64,000 nt of DNA from Microcoleus sp. (GTDB taxonomy: Bacteria > Cyanobacteriota > Cyanobacteriia > Cyanobacteriales > Microcoleaceae). The first letter of the stretch is position 1. Every line of letters begins with the position of its first letter. The DNA lies in NCBI GenBank assembly GCA_052279835.1, contig CP181291.1, positions 1,216,001 through 1,280,000 of the forward strand, written 5' to 3'. Below are positions 11,851 through 21,914 of this stretch, one piece after another. A program made the translations under genes and the position numbers. The notes under the pieces were generated by a model that searched no databases, was not told the origin of the DNA, and saw only the letters and a program-made list of their open reading frames with translations.

Positions 11851-12882
11851 TTATTTTGATGGTACTTCAAACTCAGTAGATTTAACCACATTCATACCCG
11901 CCGCCGCAAATCTTTGAAAAGTTGCATCTGCTGCTTCCGTAAAATCAACAACACCAGGAACAACCACAGGCGAAGTACAATCTTCCAACAAATAAACCTT
12001 CTTTGCTAACTCCGAATCGCGCGCCAAAATTTCCGTCAATAAATCATCAATTGTCCAAGCAACGCAATGACTTTTAGCTTGTCCAGCAATAATAACTGCA
12101 TCAAAATCCAGCAACTTATCAATAAAACTAACATTCTTTTGAGCGATCGCACTCCCATCCGCCCCTTCTAAAACTTCCGGCTGCAAAACAGAATAGTTTT
12201 CGGTGAGGGGATTGCCACCTTTGATTTCAAAAATTGCTTGAGTTTCGCGGGCGATACTATGGAAAAAAATAGCTTCTTCCAGCGCCGAAACCAGCGCGTG
12301 TCCGATACCACCAAGCATCGAGTGATAAGGCCAAATTGTCAAGGGATATTTGCCATTATCGCTAAGTTTCTGCACGTAATGCAGAGCGTGTTTTTCCAGG
12401 GCAGAAAAATTGCCACCGCTGAGGCTATCAGCCACGGCAGGATTAACTTTCCAAACACCTTTGGCAACATCTTCTAGGCTAATGGAAGTTACGGCTGGTT
12501 GCGGATGTTCCCCTGCTGCATTTATCCAAAAAATTGGATGAAAAATTTGCATAGCCGTATGGGTATCCATAGTGGGCGCTATCGTGGTAATTCTGTCTAA
12601 ATTGCGGTAAATGAACTCGCACAGTCGCAGATTGTCATCAATAGCACCGCTACCCGAACGCCCACCCACAAATAATTCAAATTCCGGCAAACAAAAAGTA
12701 TTTTGGGCATCAATTATCAACAAACAAATACGGTTGGTGTCCCTAGCCGCAGGCAGAATACTGTGTTTCACAGCCCATTCTTTAGCTTGAACAGCACGTT
12801 TTTGATAAGACACCCGCCAGACTTCGCTGACTTTCTTCGGGTCAAAATACTCAGGAATGGGGAGTAAACTGTTTGCAGTCAT
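11851..12882 (-). CDS. Isochorismatase/nicotinamidase-family cysteine hydrolase
   Basis: IIDAQNTF, DTH, WPYH, EIKG, GQAKSHCV (Asp-Lys-Cys triad); start placed at ATG 12882. Confidence 0.8.
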   Translation of the reverse strand: MTANSLLPIPEYFDPKKVSEVWRVSYQKRAVQAKEWAVKHSILPAARDTNRICLLIIDAQNTFCLPEFELFVGGRSGSGAIDDNLRLCEFIYRNLDRITTIAPTMDTHTAMQIFHPIFWINAAGEHPQPAVTSISLEDVAKGVWKVNPAVADSLSGGNFSALEKHALHYVQKLSDNGKYPLTIWPYHSMLGGIGHALVSALEEAIFFHSIARETQAIFEIKGGNPLTENYSVLQPEVLEGADGSAIAQKNVSFIDKLLDFDAVIIAGQAKSHCVAWTIDDLLTEILARDSELAKKVYLLEDCTSPVVVPGVVDFTEAADATFQRFAAAGMNVVKSTEFEVPSK

Positions 12883-13164
12883 GGCTAATTCACTTGACAC
12901 TGGATTTTCGCAAAAACTTAAATTGACAATCAAAAATATTCAACCCTTAGTCAACCCATCTTTCTACCCGCTCTTTCTCTGCGCTCTCTGCGCCCTCTGC
13001 GGTAAAAAAAAATTAAAACTTTAGGAAAGTAGACTATCATAATCAATGATAACGCAAGTTTCCGGCATTGCCAACTAATTTTAAGGTTTCGCGATCGCCC
13101 ACAGGCCTAACTACAAACCTGTGAAGGTATTACCCATAATCCAAATAGCTACTTAGGGTGAATT

Positions 13165-13896
13165 ATGCCACAACCACAAAATCGAAATTATCCCCGGAAT
13201 CCTTTTAAACGCAAATTATTTTTTTTATCGATCGCCCTTTCACTCTCTCTGTTAATTCTAGCAACTAAATCTTCCTACATTCAAGATTTTTTAAGAACAG
13301 TGCTGATCCAGATCCAAGACTTAGGGTGGTGGGGGCCAGTAGCATTTGTAGCCACTTACAACATCGCCACTATACTATTTATACCAGGTGCTGTGTTGAC
13401 CCTGGGAGGCGGGGTGCTGTTTGGGCTGTGGTGGGGTTCAGTCTACGTGTTTGTAGCGGCAACTTTAGGTGCCACCTTTGCTTTTCTGATTGGGCGATAC
13501 TTGTCGCGCGATCGCCTGGTAAAATATATGGAAAATCATCCCAAGTTCCAAGCTCTCGATCGCGCAATTTGTCAACAAGGATTAAAAATAGTATTTCTGA
13601 CACGTCTTTGTCCTTTATTTCCTTTTAATTTATTGAATTACGCTTTGGGGATTACCCAAGTTTCTTTGAAAGATTATATCCTCGGTTCCTTGGGGATGAT
13701 ACCGGGAACTATTCTGTATGTTTATTCAGGTTCTTTGGTAGGAGATTTGGCTGCGATCGGCGCAGCAACAGGCTGTACCAATCCCCAAGATTCCGCAGTA
13801 AAATGGTCGATAAATATCATCAGTTTTCTAGCCACAGTCGCTGTTACTGTCTCTATCACTCGGATAGCTCGCCAAGCTTTGGATGAAAGTGTTTAA
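13165..13896 (+). CDS. TVP38/TMEM64 (DedA/VTT) family membrane protein
   Basis: IPGAVLTLGGGVLFG, LTRLCPLFPFNLLNYALG. Confidence 0.88.
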   Translation: MPQPQNRNYPRNPFKRKLFFLSIALSLSLLILATKSSYIQDFLRTVLIQIQDLGWWGPVAFVATYNIATILFIPGAVLTLGGGVLFGLWWGSVYVFVAATLGATFAFLIGRYLSRDRLVKYMENHPKFQALDRAICQQGLKIVFLTRLCPLFPFNLLNYALGITQVSLKDYILGSLGMIPGTILYVYSGSLVGDLAAIGAATGCTNPQDSAVKWSINIISFLATVAVTVSITRIARQALDESV

Positions 13897-13912
13897 TTAG
13901 GAGAATTAGCTA

Positions 13913-15448
13913 ATGTCACACTCAAAAGTCGATCGCGTAACAGTCCCCCCGATGGACGAACACAACCAAAAATTAGTCTCTTATTTGCATCCCCCAGATT
14001 GGGTAAATCCCCAGCCAGCTAGCTGTTACAACCTAGTAGTAATTGGAGCCGGACCAGCCGGATTAATTGTCGCCGCCGGTGCCGCTGGTTTAGGTGCGAA
14101 AGTTGCTTTGATTGAAAAACATTTGATGGGAGGCGATTGCTTAAATGTCGGTTGCGTTCCTTCAAAATTGCTGATTCGTGCGTCTCGAAATGTCGCTGAT
14201 ATTTCGGAAGCAAGTAAATTTGGTGTTAGCGTTCCTAACGGTACAGAAGTGGATTTCTCCGCCGTGATGGAAAGACTGCGGCGCATCAGGGCCGACATCA
14301 GCGATGTTGATTCTGTGCAACGATATCAGGACAAATTAGGAGTCGATGTTTTCTTAGGTTCGGGTCGTTTTACCAGTAATAATACACTTGAAGTGGCTGG
14401 TCAAACTCTCCGGTTTAAAAAAGCAGTAATTACGACGGGAGCACGGGCGCTACAACCGCAAATTCCCGGTTTACAAGCAACTGGATATCTGACTAATGAA
14501 ACTGTGTTTAACCTTACCGAAAAACCTCAGCGTTTAGCAGTAATTGGTGCAGGTCCGATCGGCTGCGAATTAGCTCAAGCCTTCCGCAGGCTGGGTTCAG
14601 AAGTCGTGTTATTCCACAAAAATGCTCACATTTTGGACAAGGAAGATGTCGATGCTGCTAACATTGTGCAGCAGGCGTTTGTGCGGGAAGGAATTCAGTT
14701 AATACTTGAATCCAAAATAGAGCGCGTTGAGCAAACAAATACAGGCAAAGTAATTTATTATGAATCTCAGGGTAAAGGAGGTACTGTTACAGTAGATGAA
14801 ATTCTGATTAGCACCGGGCGATCGCCCAATGTCGAAGGATTGAATTTGGAGGCGATCGGCGTTGAATACGATACACAAACTGGCGTATTTGTCAACGACA
14901 ATTTGCAAACTACTAATCCCCGCATTTATGCTGCTGGCGATATCTGCATGAAGCATAAATTCACTCACGCTGCTGATTTTGCGGCGAGGATTGTCATTCA
15001 AAATACGCTGTTTTTTGGACGCAAAAAACTCAGTGCTTTGACTATACCTTGGTGTACTTATACTAGCCCAGAGGTAGCCCACGTTGGAATTGGGGAAGCG
15101 GAGGCTAAAGCTAAAGGAACTGAAATCGATACATTTTTGATTCCTTTCAGTCAAGTCGATCGCGCAATTATAGACGGTGAAGATGAAGGTTTTGTGAAAA
15201 TTCACGTCAAGAAAGGTAGCGATAAAATATTAGGTGCAACGATTGTGGCGAGAAACGCCGGAGATATGATTAGCGAAATTACTTTAGCAATGGTTAACAA
15301 TATTGGTTTAGGAAAAATTGCTAGCGTAATTCATCCCTATCCGACGCAAGCTGATGCAATTCGGAAAGCTGGGGATGCGTACAATCGAACTCGTTTGACA
15401 CCGTTTGTGAAGAATTTGTTTAATAAATGGCTGGCTTGGACTCGATAA
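13913..15448 (+). CDS. Pyridine nucleotide-disulfide oxidoreductase (mercuric reductase/dihydrolipoamide dehydrogenase-like)
   Basis: GAGPAG, GGDCLNVGCVPSK, GAGPIG, HPYPT; no C-terminal Cys pair of true MerA. Confidence 0.88.
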   Translation: MSHSKVDRVTVPPMDEHNQKLVSYLHPPDWVNPQPASCYNLVVIGAGPAGLIVAAGAAGLGAKVALIEKHLMGGDCLNVGCVPSKLLIRASRNVADISEASKFGVSVPNGTEVDFSAVMERLRRIRADISDVDSVQRYQDKLGVDVFLGSGRFTSNNTLEVAGQTLRFKKAVITTGARALQPQIPGLQATGYLTNETVFNLTEKPQRLAVIGAGPIGCELAQAFRRLGSEVVLFHKNAHILDKEDVDAANIVQQAFVREGIQLILESKIERVEQTNTGKVIYYESQGKGGTVTVDEILISTGRSPNVEGLNLEAIGVEYDTQTGVFVNDNLQTTNPRIYAAGDICMKHKFTHAADFAARIVIQNTLFFGRKKLSALTIPWCTYTSPEVAHVGIGEAEAKAKGTEIDTFLIPFSQVDRAIIDGEDEGFVKIHVKKGSDKILGATIVARNAGDMISEITLAMVNNIGLGKIASVIHPYPTQADAIRKAGDAYNRTRLTPFVKNLFNKWLAWTR

Positions 15449-15453
15449 CATAA

Positions 15454-15503
15454 CTCGGCGGTTGAAACCGCTACTACACAAACAAAGTCCGCCTGCGCGG
15501 ACT
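15454..15503. repeat. Dispersed ~50-bp double-hairpin REP-like repeat; reverse-orientation copies at 25464-25513 and 26400-26451
   Basis: CGGCGGTTGAAACCGC...AAGTCCGCCTGCGCGGACT matches the reverse complement of the other two copies. Confidence 0.85.
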
Positions 15504-15518
15504 GGATGAGGGGTATTT

Positions 15519-16103
15519 TTAGGTTTCTGTTGCTGTTTCAAATCCAACGTCTTCATACAAAAGGGCGATCGGCAAATCAAACCCAATACTTGATAAAGTG
15601 ATAATCTCCCCAGCAGTATAAGAATAGTAAAGCCACATTCTCCCCTCTCCCCGACAGTAACGTTCCACAAAAATCTTTTGTGAATCAATCAAGATATACT
15701 CTTGCAAAGTCGGAATTTTCAGATAACAAGTAAATTTTTCATCCCTATCCTTAGCACTTGTACTGGGGGAGAGAACTTCCACAATAATTTTAGGATTCTG
15801 AATAAATTGGCGGGAATTCAAGTCTTGAGGATCGCAACTGACTATCACATCAGGGTAGTAATAACGGCTTTGAAAACTGACTTGCAATTTCACATCTGAT
15901 ACGTTCATCCGACAGCCTCTAGAACGTATATGAGGACGTAATGCAGTATAAAAGTTAAGTGCAAGATCGTTATGAGGAATTGTACTACCCGTCATGGCAA
16001 AAACTTCGCCGTTGACGTATTCGTGGCGAATCTCTTGTTGAGCTTCCCATGTTAGGTATTCCTCAACCGTCATTTTTTGGGGTGTTTGGGAAATTGCTAT
16101 CAT
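15519..16103 (-). CDS. Uma2-family (DUF820) endonuclease-fold protein
   Basis: RHEYVNGEVFAMTG, YYPDVIV, IVEVLSPST, LQEYILID. Confidence 0.92.
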   Translation of the reverse strand: MIAISQTPQKMTVEEYLTWEAQQEIRHEYVNGEVFAMTGSTIPHNDLALNFYTALRPHIRSRGCRMNVSDVKLQVSFQSRYYYPDVIVSCDPQDLNSRQFIQNPKIIVEVLSPSTSAKDRDEKFTCYLKIPTLQEYILIDSQKIFVERYCRGEGRMWLYYSYTAGEIITLSSIGFDLPIALLYEDVGFETATET

Positions 16104-16259
16104 AATATTTTTTTTTGGTGATGTTACTTTGATTGTAGCATTGGTTCTGGGACGATTATTGAAAAAACTTTGATGGGTGCGGGTGTATATAATTTGTAGA
16201 TAATTATCAAAAATCTATGCCTTAGAACCCAACAAAATCTTCCATGCTGCAATGAATAT

Positions 16260-16286
16260 TGCATAAACTGGGAGACTCCTGCGACA
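16260..16286 (+). promoter_or_regulatory. Bipartite motif copy 1 (putative alternative-sigma promoter)
   Basis: TGCATAAAC-N12-GCGACA; GCGAC starts 36 bp before ATG 16317. Confidence 0.7.
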
Positions 16287-16316
16287 TCTCTTCAAAAGCG
16301 CAATGGAGAAGTCCCT

Positions 16317-17036
16317 ATGATCGTTAATTATACAACTGAATCGGAGAAAGCTTGGTACAAGTCTCCTGCAATTGTAGCTGCGGTGACTGTAAGCGCGATC
16401 GCCCTTGGAACATTTATTTACCCAGAACTGAGCACTCAACCGATCGTACACTACCGCGCTGACGATAACTCGCTTTCAGCCGATCGCTACACATTGCAGA
16501 GACAAACCCACTGTCAACTCAGCAGCCAACATTACAAACCCGGAGACACCGCTGTCAGCATACCCTTTGCCGATCGCGCCGTAGTCACCAAAACCATCTC
16601 CATTACCAATAGTTTAACCCTCATGGGCGAATGTCAACACAACGGGCGATCGATTACCAACAAACAACCAGGAACATCACTCATTCGCTTATTAGAACGC
16701 AGCCAAAGCGCCATTCAACAACAACATCAAACCAACAAAAATCCAGGCATCCTCACCATTGTAGCAAACGAATTTGAACCTAGCAAAGGGGAAAAAAGCA
16801 TTAATTTTAGTAAAGTCAAAGCCCTAGTAGAAGACATCGAAAAACAGGGAGTAGTCATCTCATTTATCGTGCCGCAAGGGAAATTATACGAAGACTTGAC
16901 TAACCAATTGAGCAGCAAAGAGAGTGTCTGCGTTTTAGATGAAAGCAAAGACGAAGATGCTGTGAGGCGATCGATGACACCTTGCATTGATGCAGCCTTT
17001 ACCAAAGCCCGAAAAATGACAGCTAAATCCAATTAA
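16317..17036 (+). CDS. Membrane-anchored protein with divergent vWA-like domain
   Basis: N-terminal TM helix, then DNSLS (MIDAS DxSxS pattern), SIPFAD, PGTS, ILTIVANE in vWA order. Confidence 0.5.
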   Translation: MIVNYTTESEKAWYKSPAIVAAVTVSAIALGTFIYPELSTQPIVHYRADDNSLSADRYTLQRQTHCQLSSQHYKPGDTAVSIPFADRAVVTKTISITNSLTLMGECQHNGRSITNKQPGTSLIRLLERSQSAIQQQHQTNKNPGILTIVANEFEPSKGEKSINFSKVKALVEDIEKQGVVISFIVPQGKLYEDLTNQLSSKESVCVLDESKDEDAVRRSMTPCIDAAFTKARKMTAKSN

Positions 17037-17263
17037 TTTAGTTAATCTGTAGGGTGCGTCGCTGCTCGTGTTTAATGGAACTTGCAGATTGACTTCGGGC
17101 GACGCACCTTACTTACTACAAATCCGAATTATTCCTCTCTCTTCTCTTCCTCTGTGTTCTCTGTGTTCTCTGCGGTTAAATCATTCCGATCCAACCAGAA
17201 TTGATATTACATCCGTTAAATCCGTGACAAAATCCGCTGCCGAACTGCCTTTTCCCAAAATTC

Positions 17264-17290
17264 TGCATAAACCTTCAATCCGCAGCGACA
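17264..17290 (+). promoter_or_regulatory. Bipartite motif copy 2
   Basis: TGCATAAAC-N12-GCGACA; GCGAC starts 43 bp before ATG 17328. Confidence 0.7.
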
Positions 17291-17327
17291 CTATCTTATC
17301 AAGCCCAAAAATAACGAGATAAAACCA

Positions 17328-18602
17328 ATGAACTCCACCACCAATCACCATAACTCTACCTCCAGCATCATAGCATGGCAATACCTTCCCCAACAATTAA
17401 CCGCCCTACTCCCCGAACAAATCAAATCCCAAATGAGTCAGCGGGAAAAACGATATGCAGAAGGAGAAAAAGCCAAAAATCGGATTAACGATTTAACACC
17501 CTTAGCAAAGAACACCCCCAACCCTGAAACCAAGAAAATAGTCAATATTTTAGTAGGGTTAATCAGTGCGATTACCTTCAGTGCAGGAGCGCGAATATTG
17601 ACTTCCGGCATGGGAAGTATGAGCATTCCCGCGAGTTTATTCATCGGCGGGGCTGCGGGAGTAGTAGCGGATAAAAAAGTGATGAAAGTCATGGAACATC
17701 ATCGCAAGAAAAGTAGCACTCAGCAAGCATTGAAGGATATCGAAAAACAAAAACAGGCTCATCCCCCCAAAAATGAATTTGGCGTACTTTATTACGAAGC
17801 TCAAACCGCCTTAGTGCTACAAGTAGAAGGTCAATTTTTGGAGAAACTACCCTTCAGCGATGTCGGTTTAGCCCTGGGATTGAGCGGCACGGAATATGCG
17901 ATGTCTCTGGGGATTGTCATCGGGTTGGGATTGCCGGGGGGAATTGTCTTAAATGCGATCGCAGCCAGCCTACCCGTGGTAATGTTATGGGGAGCCGCAT
18001 CCCTGCAAAACGACGCCTTTGAAATGCCCGGACACGCCCGCTCATTAAATGGGCAATACGAAAGCAGCCTCCCGATAGAAATCACCGAAATCGAAGCAAA
18101 TCAGATTGCCAGCATCGACGAAGAAGTTGCTCTCAAACAGCGAGAACTCGCCTACGAACAAGCCTTAAACCTGCGTCGCGAAAAATTTGTCAGCGAAGGC
18201 GATACCAGCGGGCGATTGAAGAATTGGGACATGGTAGAAGCCGACTTTCAAATCGGCTGGTACTTGACCGAAAAGCATCAAATCGAAAAAGAACAAGACG
18301 AGAAACGGGAACAGCGCTACTTTCAGTTTAAAGCTGATGTTGGTCAAATTGGCGAACAATATGAAGCACCCGCCGGCACCTATTCACCGGAACAAATGGC
18401 GCAGTTAAAAATTGAATGGATGCAAGCCCAAGAACAAAAATTGAAGGAAAGTTTCGCCCATGACATTCAGTGGTTGAATCACAAATACGGGAACAAAATC
18501 AAGCATTACGAGGAAGAAATCACCACAGCGCGACAGCGTTACGCAGAAGCCGAATCTCGGTGGCGGGAAGAACGGGATTTGCAAAAAACATCTGTGAATT
18601 AA
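17328..18602 (+). CDS. Hypothetical protein with two Gly-rich hydrophobic hairpins and a long coiled-coil C-terminus
   Basis: 424-aa ORF; hydrophobic ILVGLISAITFSAG / LFIGGAAGVVA and GLALGLSG...LPVVMLWG; Glu/Gln/Lys-rich tail. Confidence 0.7.
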   Translation: MNSTTNHHNSTSSIIAWQYLPQQLTALLPEQIKSQMSQREKRYAEGEKAKNRINDLTPLAKNTPNPETKKIVNILVGLISAITFSAGARILTSGMGSMSIPASLFIGGAAGVVADKKVMKVMEHHRKKSSTQQALKDIEKQKQAHPPKNEFGVLYYEAQTALVLQVEGQFLEKLPFSDVGLALGLSGTEYAMSLGIVIGLGLPGGIVLNAIAASLPVVMLWGAASLQNDAFEMPGHARSLNGQYESSLPIEITEIEANQIASIDEEVALKQRELAYEQALNLRREKFVSEGDTSGRLKNWDMVEADFQIGWYLTEKHQIEKEQDEKREQRYFQFKADVGQIGEQYEAPAGTYSPEQMAQLKIEWMQAQEQKLKESFAHDIQWLNHKYGNKIKHYEEEITTARQRYAEAESRWREERDLQKTSVN

Positions 18603-18657
18603 TCCCCTGGCTCATACCGAAATGCCGCCCGCGAATTAATCCCTCGCTCATACCGAA

Positions 18658-18786
18658 AGCCCGCCAGGGAATGAATTCCCTGGCTAATAGCGAAAGTCCT
18701 CTAAAGAGGACTGCGGACTAATGAATTCTTTAGTCCTCTTCAGAGGACTTTCGCTTTGAGGCAGGGGTTTCAACCCCTGCCGGACT
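18658..18786. repeat. Nested-palindrome REP/MITE-like element; related copy at 50693-50844
   Basis: CCAGGGAATGAATTCCCTGG, GCGAAAGTCCTCT..AGAGGACT, GCAGGGGTTTCAACCCCTGCCGGACT; same terminal and internal blocks at 50.7 kb. Confidence 0.75.
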
Positions 18787-18829
18787 GCCGGGACTGCGGA
18801 ACTACCGCAAAAAAAACTTTCCCCCAATC

Positions 18830-18856
18830 TGCATAAACTCCCCAACGCCCGCGACA
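18830..18856 (+). promoter_or_regulatory. Bipartite motif copy 3 (upstream of the sigma-like gene itself)
   Basis: TGCATAAAC-N12-GCGACA; GCGAC starts 35 bp before ATG 18886. Confidence 0.7.
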
Positions 18857-18885
18857 TCAATATATCAACCCCAAAAAACTGGACT

Positions 18886-19791
18886 ATGACGAGACATGAT
18901 ACCCCCGTCGAACCTTTACCAGGCTTAGTTCCTGTCGCCACAAACTTCAACTTGTGGCCACCTTCGGAACTCAAGCCCATTTCCTTGACTTTGTTCTTCC
19001 TGGCACGTTACAGCGATATTTTCTCTGGGATAATTGAATTATCCCCATGCCATACCAACGTGCCTGTGAACAACGACGAACAGTTACGCGAACTTCTACA
19101 ACTCTTGAAAGACTCCCAACAGGGGAGTCAGAAACAAGAAAGATTCAAAAATCAATTGTGCAAACTCATTCCCGATTTGCCCGGAAGTCGCAAATATCGG
19201 GAGCCTGATCCTAAGATTGATTTTGACGGAGCAGTGAATGAAGCCTATGGCGGTTTTTTCAAAACGCTGCCGATATTTTTGCGGGGAATTGACCTCGATA
19301 ATATCGCTGATGATGTGTTGCGAACCAGAGTGGTTAAGCGGTTTAATCAAATCATTCAGAACAAAGTCTGCAACCAATATCGCAAGTTGAAACGGCAACC
19401 TTTTACTTTTAGTTTGGATGCTCCAAATAAGAGCAAAACAGGTGAAGAATTTGATGCTGAAGGAATGGCTGATGATACCACAGAAGTTGGGATTGAGCAA
19501 CTGATTGAGCGAGAACAAGCGAAAAATCAGCGGCGCATCGGTCGCCAACTTTGGCAGTATATTGAAGACGACCCGGATGGAAAACTGCGAAACAGTTATC
19601 CCAGTGACAAACCGGATGCTAATTCTCAGGTACTCGCGCGGCGATTGCTGAAAGACCCTCCTGATAAATTGTCTGTAATTGCCAGAGAGTTAAACATTAA
19701 GTATCAAACTCTAAACTCTCATTGGAAAAGAGCAAGTTTGCCGCTACTTAAAGAAATTGTACTTGAGTTTGGATATCAACCGGAGGAATAA
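18886..19791 (+). CDS. Sigma-70/ECF-like factor (cyanobacterial DUF1822-associated type)
   Basis: Region-2-like KRFNQIIQNKVCNQYRK, FSLDAP, IEDDPDG, C-terminal HTH LSVIARELNIKYQTLNSHWKR; true start may be GTG 19060/19066; stop overlaps the next ATG. Confidence 0.7.
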   Translation: MTRHDTPVEPLPGLVPVATNFNLWPPSELKPISLTLFFLARYSDIFSGIIELSPCHTNVPVNNDEQLRELLQLLKDSQQGSQKQERFKNQLCKLIPDLPGSRKYREPDPKIDFDGAVNEAYGGFFKTLPIFLRGIDLDNIADDVLRTRVVKRFNQIIQNKVCNQYRKLKRQPFTFSLDAPNKSKTGEEFDAEGMADDTTEVGIEQLIEREQAKNQRRIGRQLWQYIEDDPDGKLRNSYPSDKPDANSQVLARRLLKDPPDKLSVIARELNIKYQTLNSHWKRASLPLLKEIVLEFGYQPEE

Positions 19792-20615
19792 TGGTGAATA
19801 GCATGGATACTTATTTGTTAGAAATTCCTCTGGAGCAAACTGCGCGCAATTTGGCTTTGCAATTTGCTTCAGAGCAAGCTAATCCGCAAAAAGGCAAACG
19901 GGTTTATTTCAATACCTTGGCGGTTTGGGCGGTTAACTATTTTTTGGAATGGATGGAACTGGAAACCGATATTGATGGCGGTGATAGTTGGCATCCAGGA
20001 ATGCGGGCGGTTTTGGATGTTGCTGATTTAGTCTTACCGGGAATTGGCAAGATTGAATGCTGTCCGGTTCTACTTGGAGAAACGGCGATTTCTCTGCCAG
20101 AAGTGCGCGAAAATCGCATTGCATATATCGCAGTTGAGTTTGCGGAACCTTTCGATAAAGTTAAACTTTTGGGGTTTATTCCGGCTGTGGAAATTGTGGA
20201 TGAAACTGAAGAGATTTCTCTCACTAATCTCCAACCTGTTGAGGAATTGTTGGATTATTTGGATCGAATTGAGTTGGGAATTCCGGTGACGCAAGTTCTA
20301 CTTGAAGAAGCGCTATCGGATTTGGCAGAAGATGACCCCGTACAAGCACAAGTCCGGGATAATTTGCAAAACAAATCTATTTCGGAAATTGTGGCAATTC
20401 TGAATGGAGTTTATCGCAGTAGCGATAAATCTGACTGGGGATATGAAGGGGGGAAGGCTTTAGCAGGAATTGGTTCTAGCAGTGGCGGTTTGGGAAATAG
20501 AGAGACATCTTTATCTGGTTATCAATCTTCAGATATTGATACGAAAGTGGAAGCGAAACTGAATCGGATTGCTAAAAAGTGGATGAAGAAATTAGCTGAG
20601 ATTTGGGGAGACTAA
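19791..20615 (+). CDS. DUF1822-family protein (candidate anti-sigma / protease substrate)
   Basis: FASEQ..KGKRVYFNTLAVWAV...DSWHP...DVADLVLPGIGKIECCPV...LLGF pattern; TAATG coupling to the sigma-like gene. Confidence 0.75.
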   Translation: MVNSMDTYLLEIPLEQTARNLALQFASEQANPQKGKRVYFNTLAVWAVNYFLEWMELETDIDGGDSWHPGMRAVLDVADLVLPGIGKIECCPVLLGETAISLPEVRENRIAYIAVEFAEPFDKVKLLGFIPAVEIVDETEEISLTNLQPVEELLDYLDRIELGIPVTQVLLEEALSDLAEDDPVQAQVRDNLQNKSISEIVAILNGVYRSSDKSDWGYEGGKALAGIGSSSGGLGNRETSLSGYQSSDIDTKVEAKLNRIAKKWMKKLAEIWGD

Positions 20616-20763
20616 AGAAACCGGGTTTTTGGCCACATCTGCGGGTGGAAATGAAATATTGTCGCAAAAACCCGGTTTCTGGGCACCGACGACTAAAGAA
20701 ACCGGGTTTTTGGCCACATCTGCGGTGGAAACGAAATATTGTCGTAAAAACCCGGTTTCTGGG
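20611..20763. repeat. Two tandem copies of a ~73-bp hairpin repeat; third copy at 21915-21988, degenerate copy near 30564-30627
   Basis: AGAAACCGGGTTTTTGGCCACATCTGCGG...AAAAACCCGGTTTCTGGG; first copy supplies the DUF1822 stop codon. Confidence 0.9.
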
Positions 20764-20827
20764 TTCCCACAACTCAACCCTAAAATTCATTACAATGAAT
20801 CAATGGAAAATATCTCATTGAACAGAT

Positions 20828-21043
20828 ATGACTCAAAATAATTTACTGTCTCGCATCTCAATCGAATCGAATATCTGCTTTGGCAAACCTTGTATTCGCG
20901 GCCATCGCATTTGGGTTTCTCTGATTCTTGATTTTCTCGCTAGCGGCATGACTGTGGAAGAATTGCTGGAGGAATATCCGGGAATTGAACGAGAAGATAT
21001 TTTGGCTTGTATTGCTTATAAGGACGCTCCTACTTCCTGTTAA
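20828..21043 (+). CDS. DUF433-family antitoxin-like protein, C-terminus possibly truncated
   Basis: ICFGKPCIRGHRIWV...EELLEEYP...EDILACIAY. Confidence 0.8.
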   Translation: MTQNNLLSRISIESNICFGKPCIRGHRIWVSLILDFLASGMTVEELLEEYPGIEREDILACIAYKDAPTSC

Positions 21044-21083
21044 ACTAAATTTAGCTATTGTGTCAAGCAAGGAAAAAATAGCC

Positions 21084-21380
21084 ATGATGTCTATCCAAGA
21101 AAAAATTGTTGACCAACTGAAAAACTTTTCTGAAAGAGAACTGCAAGAAATCCTCAAGTTTGCTGATTTTTTGTTGTGGCAGCGGAGAAAGCAAGAAGTA
21201 GCTTCGCCATCCGATGAAACTGCCAACAGCGAATCAGAAAATATCGGTGAAGAAGCCTTGGTTCATTATGTTGGTGGAGTCTTGGTCGTTAAAGCAGGAT
21301 TAAGTCAAACTGAAAGAATGATGAATTGGAATACAATTATTGACGATATGCGCGCCGAAAGAATGGAGAAATTTATTTAA
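21084..21380 (+). CDS. Putative antitoxin for the downstream PIN toxin
   Basis: LKNFSERELQEILKFADFL N-terminus, GGVLVV; ends 2 bp before the PIN gene; start placed at ATG 21084. Confidence 0.6.
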   Translation: MMSIQEKIVDQLKNFSERELQEILKFADFLLWQRRKQEVASPSDETANSESENIGEEALVHYVGGVLVVKAGLSQTERMMNWNTIIDDMRAERMEKFI

Positions 21381-21382
21381 GA

Positions 21383-21817
21383 ATGAACGTTTTATTCGAT
21401 ACTTCCGTTCTGGTAGCAGCGTTAATAGAAGATCATCCCACTCACTCTCAAAGCTTATCTTGGTTGGAGCGATTTAGAACGCGGGAGATTGCAGCATTTG
21501 TCTCAACTCACACTATAGCTGAACTTTACTCGGTACTTACTCGAATTCCTCGTCAACCTCGGATTAATCCTGGGTTAGCACAGCGGTTAATTGTAGAGAA
21601 TTTGAGTGGTTTCGATCGGGTTGTTTTGACTGCGGAGGATTACCAAGCAACAGTAAGTAGAATGGTTAGTTTAAACCTGCCAGGGGGAGGGATTTACGAT
21701 GGGTTAATTGCTCAAGCTGCACTGAAAGCAGGTGTGGATGTGTTGTTGACTCTTAACCCTAATGATTTTACTCGGCTGGGAGATGATGTCAAGCGATTAG
21801 TGCAAGTGCCTCTTTAA
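21383..21817 (+). CDS. PIN-domain (VapC-like) ribonuclease toxin
   Basis: VLFDTSVLVA, TIAELY, IYDGLIA, LLTLNPNDF. Confidence 0.9.
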   Translation: MNVLFDTSVLVAALIEDHPTHSQSLSWLERFRTREIAAFVSTHTIAELYSVLTRIPRQPRINPGLAQRLIVENLSGFDRVVLTAEDYQATVSRMVSLNLPGGGIYDGLIAQAALKAGVDVLLTLNPNDFTRLGDDVKRLVQVPL

Positions 21818-21914
21818 GCCCTTCGCACTTGGAATGAGAATATTGTGTTTGTTGGGGTTTTTGCATGGGTGGGGGCGGGTTTTTAAAGATTGTTGGTTTT
21901 TGCCCCTACACTGC

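Noticed and set aside
13913..15448. merA mercury resistance
   Set aside because: No C-terminal Cys pair, no metal-binding N-terminal domain, no mer operon.
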